Virus record (IMG/VR): IMGVR_UViG_2639763081_000004
Span: 3,368-67,367 of that record
Strand: one strand, 5' to 3'
Length of the DNA stretch: 64,000 nt
From: a virus
Taxonomy: Duplodnaviria; Caudoviricetes
The notes under the pieces are model-generated. The model had not been told where the DNA came from, made no database searches, and saw only the letters and a program-made list of their open reading frames with translations. The position numbers and the translations under genes are program-made. Of the stretch, positions 38,602 through 46,500 are shown one piece after another; the stretch's first letter is position 1, and each line of letters starts with the position of its first letter.

Positions 38602-39021
38602 ATGGCACATCTCCCCATCCTCCTCCTCTCTGGTGCGCTGTTCCTGGCGCTTGTCTTGGTCTGCGTAGCCCTGGGCGCGGCGCATCGTGCAAGGGCTGCG
38701 GCGCGGCCAGCTGACGCCGACCTGGCCTACGTGCGCGACGTGCTGCTGCTCGCGCGCCGCGAGTTCGACTTCCACGGCGGATGCGTGGCCACCGACCGGC
38801 CAGACTTGCCCCTGTCGCCAGACACCAGCTGGACTGTCGATTTCTCCAGGGCACGGGCAGCTATCGACGTCGCCATGGATTTGCTGGAGCGCGCGGCTCC
38901 CCGTACTGGTCCTGAATGTTCTGGCGAAAGTACCTGCCTGCCGACTGGGCCGCTTTCAACTCGGTCCAGATATGTGCCGGCACCCTCGGGTATTCGTAAG
39001 CCCAATCCGGGTTGCTCTTGA
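38602..39021 (+). CDS. N-terminal TM hypothetical protein
   Basis: TM at residues ~4-25; start fits late-promoter motif; 3' end antisense to KTSC gene. Confidence 0.5.
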   Translation: MAHLPILLLSGALFLALVLVCVALGAAHRARAAARPADADLAYVRDVLLLARREFDFHGGCVATDRPDLPLSPDTSWTVDFSRARAAIDVAMDLLERAAPRTGPECSGESTCLPTGPLSTRSRYVPAPSGIRKPNPGCS

Positions 39022-39103
39022 ACCATAGACGCATCAGGTGTGTCGAGGGGTCGTAGGATCCCTTCAGCAGCGCATCGGACTCAACAAAGGTGTGCAGCTC
39101 CAT
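38861..39103 (-). CDS. KTSC domain protein
   Basis: VES...YDP...L.F....YEY.RVP..IW..L..AQSAGRYF..NI pattern. Confidence 0.8.
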   Translation of the reverse strand: MELHTFVESDALLKGSYDPSTHLMRLWFKSNPDWAYEYPRVPAHIWTELKAAQSAGRYFRQNIQDQYGEPRAPANPWRRR

Positions 39104-39268
39104 CGTTTTCGCCCTCTCGGTATGGTTGTGTAGGAGCACCCATCGTAGCCCGAGGGGGCTTTTTCTTCGTGGGTTCAGAAAGTGCGGTTGCTTGCATTCG
39201 CAGACGGCCTTATGCCCGCTTTATGTGACTAGAATGCAAATCGCTAGCATACAACCGATGAAAAAGCC

Positions 39269-39556
39269 ATGACACCTGATTACAAGACGCTCCTCCAACA
39301 AAAAGCAGAGATCGAAGCACGCATTGCTGAAGTCCTGAAGGTCGAAAAGGCCGACGTGATCGCCAAGGTCCGCGCCTTGGTGGCCGACTACAACCTCACG
39401 GCAGACGACGTGTTCAGCTCGGGCAAACGCAAGTCGCCCGTCGGTGCAGGCGTGGCCAAGTACCGCGACCCGTCCACTGGCGCCACCTGGACCGGCCGCG
39501 GCAAGCCGCCGAACTGGATCAAGGACGCTGTGGACCGTACTGCCTTCGAGATCTGA
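39269..39556 (+). CDS. hns: H-NS family protein (copy 2)
   Basis: YKTLLQQKAEIEARI; KYRDPSTGATWTGRGKPPNW. Confidence 0.9.
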   Translation: MTPDYKTLLQQKAEIEARIAEVLKVEKADVIAKVRALVADYNLTADDVFSSGKRKSPVGAGVAKYRDPSTGATWTGRGKPPNWIKDAVDRTAFEI

Positions 39557-39719
39557 CCCGCAGCCCACAGTCGCGGGCTTTGTTCTTTCTGGGCCAGATC
39601 TCATGGAAGGCACGCTGTTTGCCGGTCATCGGCATGCGCACGTGCCTCTGAGGAGTAGCCAACCTCCCTCAGCTACCACGGTGCGGAACGTTGCAGAATT
39701 TGGCCGGAGCACTGAAGAC

Positions 39720-39986
39720 ATGTCCTCGAAGTACAAAGCCCTTATGCGGGAGCGAGCAGCATTGGATGCAAAGATCGCTGAGTACTATGGCGCCAGGAAA
39801 CTTGATGCGATTGATGACGCCAGGAAACTGGTGAAGGATCACGATCTCAAGCCCGACGACTTGTTTGTTCCCGACAAGCCTGCAAACGTGCGGTACCGGA
39901 ATCCCAAGACAGGTGAGACTTGGACGGGCCGTGGTCGAGCTCCTCGGTGGATCGAAGGCCAAGACCGGAAGCCTTTCGAGATTTGA
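39720..39986 (+). CDS. hns: H-NS family protein (copy 3)
   Basis: YKALMRERAALDAKI; RYRNPKTGETWTGRGRAPRW; GGAG upstream. Confidence 0.88.
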   Translation: MSSKYKALMRERAALDAKIAEYYGARKLDAIDDARKLVKDHDLKPDDLFVPDKPANVRYRNPKTGETWTGRGRAPRWIEGQDRKPFEI

Positions 39987-40030
39987 ACGACAGTCAGCCA
40001 TGAGTGGGCTTTCCATGCCACCATCGCACC

Positions 40031-40231
40031 ATGACTCCCACGCCCCTCCTTCAGTTCACCAGCGTGCGCACGAGCGTTGTGGACGGAAAGACGCTCATCG
40101 GCGTCAAGCACACGGCCAAGACATCGGCAGGCCTGCCTGTGTCCACGACCTGGATCGACATGCCTCCCGAGGATGTTGAGCGGCTGATCAAGACGCTGCA
40201 GGACACGTTGGCCGAGCTGGGCCGCAAGTAG
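40031..40231 (+). CDS. Small hypothetical protein
   Basis: 66 aa with coding-like composition. Confidence 0.55.
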   Translation: MTPTPLLQFTSVRTSVVDGKTLIGVKHTAKTSAGLPVSTTWIDMPPEDVERLIKTLQDTLAELGRK

Positions 40232-40283
40232 CCGCGCGCATCAGCCCCCTCCAGCTCCGCGCGCTAGGGCTTTTCATTCCTGT

Positions 40284-40415
40284 TTACCCCCGCATAAACA
40301 GCGTCAGAACGCCCACCGCCACAGCCAGCAGCACGATGGCAACGGCAGCCAGGCCCACAGTCATGGCAGGGCTGTTTTCATCGTCTTCGTCCTGCTCCCC
40401 ATCTCTGTCTTCCAT
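40284..40415 (-). CDS. 43-aa acidic single-TM micropeptide
   Basis: GGAGGAG SD; MEDRDGEQDEDDENSPAMTVGLAAVAIVLLAVAVGVLTLFMRG. Confidence 0.55.
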   Translation of the reverse strand: MEDRDGEQDEDDENSPAMTVGLAAVAIVLLAVAVGVLTLFMRG

Positions 40416-40513
40416 CGCTCCTCCAGTGCAGGGCCATTGGATGATCCTATGCACCAGCACGGTGCCTTTGCATTGGGATCATTGCTGTGTAGCCTTACAT
40501 GCGTCTGAGTTGA

Positions 40514-40557
40514 CCCCCGGCTAGGGTTCGACCGCCCCCGCACCTCTCCTTGAGAGT
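40514..40557 (+). promoter_or_regulatory. Putative late promoter copy 4
   Basis: CCCCC-GGCT-AGGGTTCG-N21-GAGAGT; ATG 40564 6 nt later. Confidence 0.7.
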
Positions 40558-40563
40558 GGGGGG

Positions 40564-43500
40564 ATGAGTGAAATCGATGACATCCTCAAGGGCGCGCCGG
40601 CGCACAAGACAGACGCGCCCCCTAGTGCCGCGCTGGCCGGGCAGTCCGCCAAACCCACATCCGAGATCGACGACATCATGAAAGACGCGCCCACCACGGC
40701 GCGCGGCTTGAAAGGGTGGGCGCGGGATATTGGCGCAGGACTTGTGGACACGGCCATAGGCGTGCCAGAAGCGCTCGTTGGACTTGCCGACATTCCCACG
40801 GGTGGGCGGGTGGGGAAATTCCTCGAGAACAAGGACGGCGCCGTAGGGCTCAGGTTCAAGGATGCCCGGGAGGTAACAAGCGGCTGGTATTCGGACGCAA
40901 CCCAAGAAGCTGAGCGCAAGGTCCAGCAGGCTGATGGGATTGTCGACAAAACGGTAGCGGCGATTCAAAACCCCAGCGTTATTGCCAAAACCGTTGGAAC
41001 GTCGCTTGGCGCCATGGGGGCGGGCGGGGCGGCCGCGCGGGGTATCGCGGCCATTCCCAGGGTGGCTGCGATGGGTGCGCGCGGCGCGGCGGCAGCCGGC
41101 GCGCTGGGTGAGGGCGTCGTGGGCGCCGGCTCTGCTGCAGAGCAGATCCGCCAGCAAACAGATGATGGTCTGTTGACGCCTGGCCAGGTCGCGGCGGCGG
41201 CTGCCACGGGCGCGGCCACGGCGGGCTTCGGGTATGCCGGCGGGCGCGTGGCGCAGCGCCTGGGCATCGGTGATGCCGAGACCATGCTGGCCCAGGGCAA
41301 CAAGGGCATTGCCAAGCAGTTCGCCGATGACGCGGCCACAGCTGCGTCGAATCCACTGCTGCAACAGCGCGCGGTCAAGAGCATTCCGCGCCAGGTGATC
41401 GAGGGGGCCATCTCCGAAAGTTTCCTCGAGGAGCTGCCCCAGTCTGTGGCAGAGCAGATCTTCCAGAACCTGGCATTGGGAAAGGACTGGTCCCAGGATG
41501 TGGATACGGCAGTGGTGCTGGGCACGCTGTCGGGCGCGGCCATGGGCGGCGGCGCGGCGGGGTATCGGGCGGCGCGCGAGCCACGTGCGGGCGCGGCCGA
41601 GCCCGGCCAGGCCGTTGATGCGGCGGGCCAGCAGGATTTGCAGGCCGCTCCGGACATTGCAGGCACTCCGGACGTTGCTGCTGCTGCTCCAGCGCCGGGC
41701 GCGGCGGCTGAGCCGGATGCCCCTGTGCCGAATGCAGGCCTGGACGCCGTGCGCCGCGAATTCGAGGCCCGCATGTCGCAGCTGCAGCAGGAAGAGGGCG
41801 GCGAGCCCGAGGTGCCGCAGTCCGCTCCTCCTGATGGCGCGGCTGCCATGGCGCAGCTGCGCGCGGCAGAGCAGGCCCAGCGTGATGCGGAGGCCTCGGC
41901 CAATCGCGCAGTCGAATCCCCTGACAACGAGATCCTGCAATCCACGGGCGCGGCGCCCGTGCCGGCTTCGCGCGCCATGGGGTTGGATCCAGCTGCAGGC
42001 TCCCTGTCCGCAGCTGCTGCCCTGGCCGTGGATTCTGGCGCGGCCGCCCAGACCCAGCAGGCCAGTGCCATGGCCCAGGCCGCAGAGGAAGCCGCACGCG
42101 CGCCAGCCAAGAAGAATGCAACCGAGCGCCAGGTCACTGCAGACCCAGCCACAGGCGAGATTCAGGGCGGGGCCATGGCCACCTGGACAGATGAAGACCT
42201 GTCCAACGCATTCCGCTCTGCCCAGGCCAAGAACGTGCGCTTGCAGCTGGCGCGCGAGCTGTCGCGCCGCCGCGCCGAGCGTGACCAGCAGACCCCGGCC
42301 ACCGCGCCGGCCGCATCCGCAAATCCATCCACCCAGCAAGGAAGCATCGATGGCACACAAGCCGATCAAACCCAGCCGCCGCGCGCGGAATCTTCGCCGG
42401 CAGCAGGAGCGCAGGGAGCGCCGGTTGCACGTCCTGGCCCTGCGCAGGAGCTGACCAATGGCACCACCTCGTCTCAGCACGATGGCGCGCAAGCAGGTGC
42501 AGCGCCAGGCCCGCAGGCTCAAGCGCCAGTCCAAACCCCTGCCCAGCGCATCGACGCCGGACGCGCGGCCTGGGCCAGCATGCCCACCGCAGAGCGCAAG
42601 GCCCTGGCCCAGCGTGTGGGCGGTGTAAATGCCGCCCTGAAGGGAAGTCTCCATGGCGCGCGCTGGGAGAACCTGAATGCGGAGCTGCAGCTCCGTCTCG
42701 CAGACGCCATGCAACCGCAAGGAGCAACCAATGATTCAACCGCACCTGCAGTACGGGTGGCAGATGAACGCCCACCAGGCCCTGCGGCTGCTGCGGAGGC
42801 TGGGGGCGGTGAGCCGACAGGACGCGCGCCAGATGCGCAGTCTGCTGGGCCGCGAGGTGGCGTTGCCGGACAGCCTGCTGCCGGCGTGCAACCTGCTCTA
42901 CCTGGCCGAAGTGGCGCCAGCGAACAGACTGCCGCTGTAGCGCCTGCTGCTGCGCCAGCGCCCACGGCGGGCGAGCAGCAGGCCGTGGCCATCGCCAAGG
43001 AAGGGAACGACGCGCGGCGCGCCCAGCTGCTGGCCGCCAGCGAACGCTGGACCAGCATGCCGGCGGCCGAGCGCCAGGCGGTGGCCAAGGCCGCGAAGGG
43101 GTTGAACGCCCCGGCCCGCGCCGGGGCCCACACGCGGGCATGGGCTGACCTGGCGCCCAAGGTACGCGAGAAGCTGGCCGCCGCCATGCCCGATGCTGCT
43201 GCAGCACCTGCAGCACCTGCAGCACCTGCAGCACCTGCAGCACCTGCAGCACCTGCAGCACCTGCAGCACCTGCAGCACCTGCAGCACCTGCAGCACCTG
43301 CAGCACCTGCAGCACCTGCAGCACCTGCAGCACCTGCAGCACCTGCAGCACCTGCAGCACCTGCAGCACCTGCAGCACCTGCAGCACCTGCAGCACCTGC
43401 AGCACCTGCAGCACCTGCAGCACCTGCAGCACCTGCAGCACCTGCAGCACCTGCAGCACCTGCAGCACCTGCAGCACCTGCAGCACCTGCAGCACCTGCA

Positions 43501-46500
43501 GCACCTGCAGCACCTGCAGCACCTGCAGCACCTGCAGCACCTGCAGCCGTGGAAGCAGCCGCGCGGGAGGCGGCCACCAGCCAGGCCAACGACCTGCCCG
43601 AGCCGACCGATGCCCAGAAGGAGGCGGGCAACTACAAGAAGGGCCACGTCCGCCTGAACGGCCTGGACATCAGCATCGAGAACCCCGCCGGCAGCCGCCG
43701 CCGTCCAGAATGGCCGCCCCTGAAGAACCACTACGGCTACTTCAAGGGTTCCGTGGGCGCGGACAAGGACCATGTGGACGTGTTCATGACCGACCGCGCG
43801 AGCGATCCGGACCTGCCGGTGTTCGTCGTGGACCAGGTGAACCGTGATGGCTCATTCGATGAACACAAGGTGGTGCTGGGGGCGGTCGACGAGGCCGGTG
43901 CGCGGAGCACCTACCTGGGGAACTATGAGAAGGGGTGGACGGGCCTGGGCGGCATCACCCAGATGACGCAGGATGAATTCAGGTCCTGGCTGCGTGATCC
44001 GGCGAAGACGAAGAAGCCGGCCGGCACGCTGCTTGGCGCAGCGCCTGCGCCCACGAAGAAGCCGCGCGGCGTCCTGGCCAAGAAGGCCGCGGCGGAGGAG
44101 GCTGCGCGCGCCGACTACTTCACCCCGGGCAACATCGTGAAGGGCTACGGGGATAGCCATGTCCGCGTGGTCTCGTACACGCCGGCCAATGCCGATGGCG
44201 TGTGGAGCGTGACTGTGCGCCAGGTGGAGAAGCAGGGATCGGGCTGGCAGGATGTGCCGGGCGTGCGCGAGCGCACCCATGCCACGCAGCCCAGCGCACG
44301 CGAATTGAAGGCCGGGCCGGTGGAGCGCGCCGAGGAACTGCCGTTCCGTCGTGGCGAATCCGATGGCCAGGGCCTGACCGATGACCAGATGGCCAACCTG
44401 CTGCGCATCATGCGGCCCGAGCCGACCGCGTTTTCCGATGCTGCGCGCGCCCAGGCCGTGGGCCAGGTGCGCGAGACGGTGGATGCGATCCGCAAGGGCT
44501 GGAGCAACGGCCCCGAGGTGGTGGTGGCGTTCGACATGAACGACCCGGCCGTGCCGGATGCGGCGCGGCGCGCGGATTTGCGCCAGCGCAGTGGCGGGGC
44601 CTCCGGAGCGCCCGAGGGCTTCTACTGGCGCGGCAAGGCCTACCTGCTGGCCAGCAAGCTGAACACGCCCGCCGATGCGGCACGCGTGCTTCACCACGAG
44701 GTGCTGGGCCACCACGGCCTGCGCGGCATGTTCGGGCCGGAGCTGAACAAGATCCTCAACCAGGTGGCCACCATGCGCCATGCCGAGGTGGCGGCCAAGA
44801 TCAAGGAATATGGCCTGCGCGGCGTCACGGATCTGAGCCGGCGCCACGCCGCCGAGGAAGTGCTGGCCGAAATGGCTGAGAAGACGCCGCAGTTGCATTT
44901 CGTACAGCGTGCCGTGGCGGCCATCCGCAACTGGCTGCGGGCCAATGTGCCCGGGTTCGGGCGCCTGAAGCTGTCGGACGCCGACATCATCCAGGGCTAC
45001 ATCCTGCCGGCGCGCGATTTCGTGGAGCGCGGGCAGCGTGCCGCTACCGACCGCATCGAGCCTGTGTTCAGCCGGTCGGACTCGCCAGCCGCCACGCCGG
45101 ACGCCATCATCGGCAGCACGCTCGGCAGCGCATCGAAGCATCCCGACTACGCTGCGGCAAAGGCCGGGGATGTTGCGGCGGCCACGCGGCTGGCCGTGGA
45201 CCTCGTGACGCCTGAGATGGTGGCGAAGGTGGCGGATGCGCTGGGTGGTGCGCGGCCGCGTGTGCTGCCGGTGGCCGCCGAGGAGTCCAGCGGTCGCAAC
45301 AAGATCCCGCGCGCCGTGGCCGAAGTCTTGGCTGCACGCCTGGGCCTCGAAACGGCGACGGGCATCGTGCAGGCGAATCGCGCGCGGCGCACCGGCCTGG
45401 ATGGGCTGGACCGCATCTTTGCGCCTGTGGATTTCGCGGGCACCGTGGAGCCTGGCGACTACCTGCTGGTGGATGACACCCTTACGCAGGGCGGCACGTT
45501 CGCGGCCCTGGCCAGCCACATTCGTGAGGGCGGGGGCGACGTCGTGGGCGTTGTCGCGTTGACCGGCAAGCAGTACAGTGCAAAAATCCAGCCCTCTCCC
45601 GAAACCCTGGCCTCCCTCCGTCAAAAACATGGTGACCTCGAAGACCAATTCCGTGCAGCCACAGGCTACGGCTTCGACGCGCTCACCGAGTCGGAAGCCC
45701 GATACCTCGCGCGATTCGAGCCGGCTCAGCGACTCCGAGATCGAATTGCTGAAGAAGGACGACGCGGAAGCGAGCGCGCAGATCAAGGCAATCCTCGCCA
45801 AGGCGATGCAGGCGACGAACTGAGCTTCAGCCGCTCGCGGCTTTCGGAGATCAAGGACAGCGCTCTGGACCAGCTCCAGAAGACGATGTCCCACCCGGGC
45901 AAGGTCTCGCTCTGGGACAAGACCATCGGCACCATGCGCCACCTGGCCGAGCGTGCGCCAGCCTTCAAGCCCGTCTACGAGACCGCCCAGCGCAACATCG
46001 ATGACGTGTCCATGCTGGCCAACGATGCAGCCGACCGGGCGCCACGCCTGCTGCCGCGCGTGGACACCATCAGCGACCTCGTGGGCAAGAACCGCAAGAC
46101 GCCTGTTTCCGCCGCCGACAACAAGGCCGTGGCGAAGCCTCTCTTCGAGGGCACGCTGCTGTGGGGCAGGGACGTGGACGGCAAGGCTGTGCTGGTGGAC
46201 GAGCTGACCAAGAAGTACGGCAACCTGCCCGCCGACGACAAGGCCCAGCTGCTGCTGCGCGCCGGCCGCCTGGACGACCGCATGCTGCGCGCCTGGCGCG
46301 GGCGGCCGCTGGCCCAGTATGAAGCGCTGGTGAATTCTCGCTTCGAGAGCAAGATGCTCAAGGCCGGCGCGGTCTGGACGGATGCCGAGCTGCAGACCAT
46401 GTTCGGCGCCACGCCCAACCAGATCGCCCTGTACCGTGAAGCCCGCGCGGCCATTGACCGCTCCATCGACATGACGGCCCGCGCGGACATGATGCGCGCG

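Noticed and set aside
43201-43547. Possible CRISPR array, and LQH/LQV/RCC repeat ORFs in other frames
   Set aside because: Contiguous 9-mers with no spacers and no cas genes; other-frame ORFs arise because the repeat has no stop codon.
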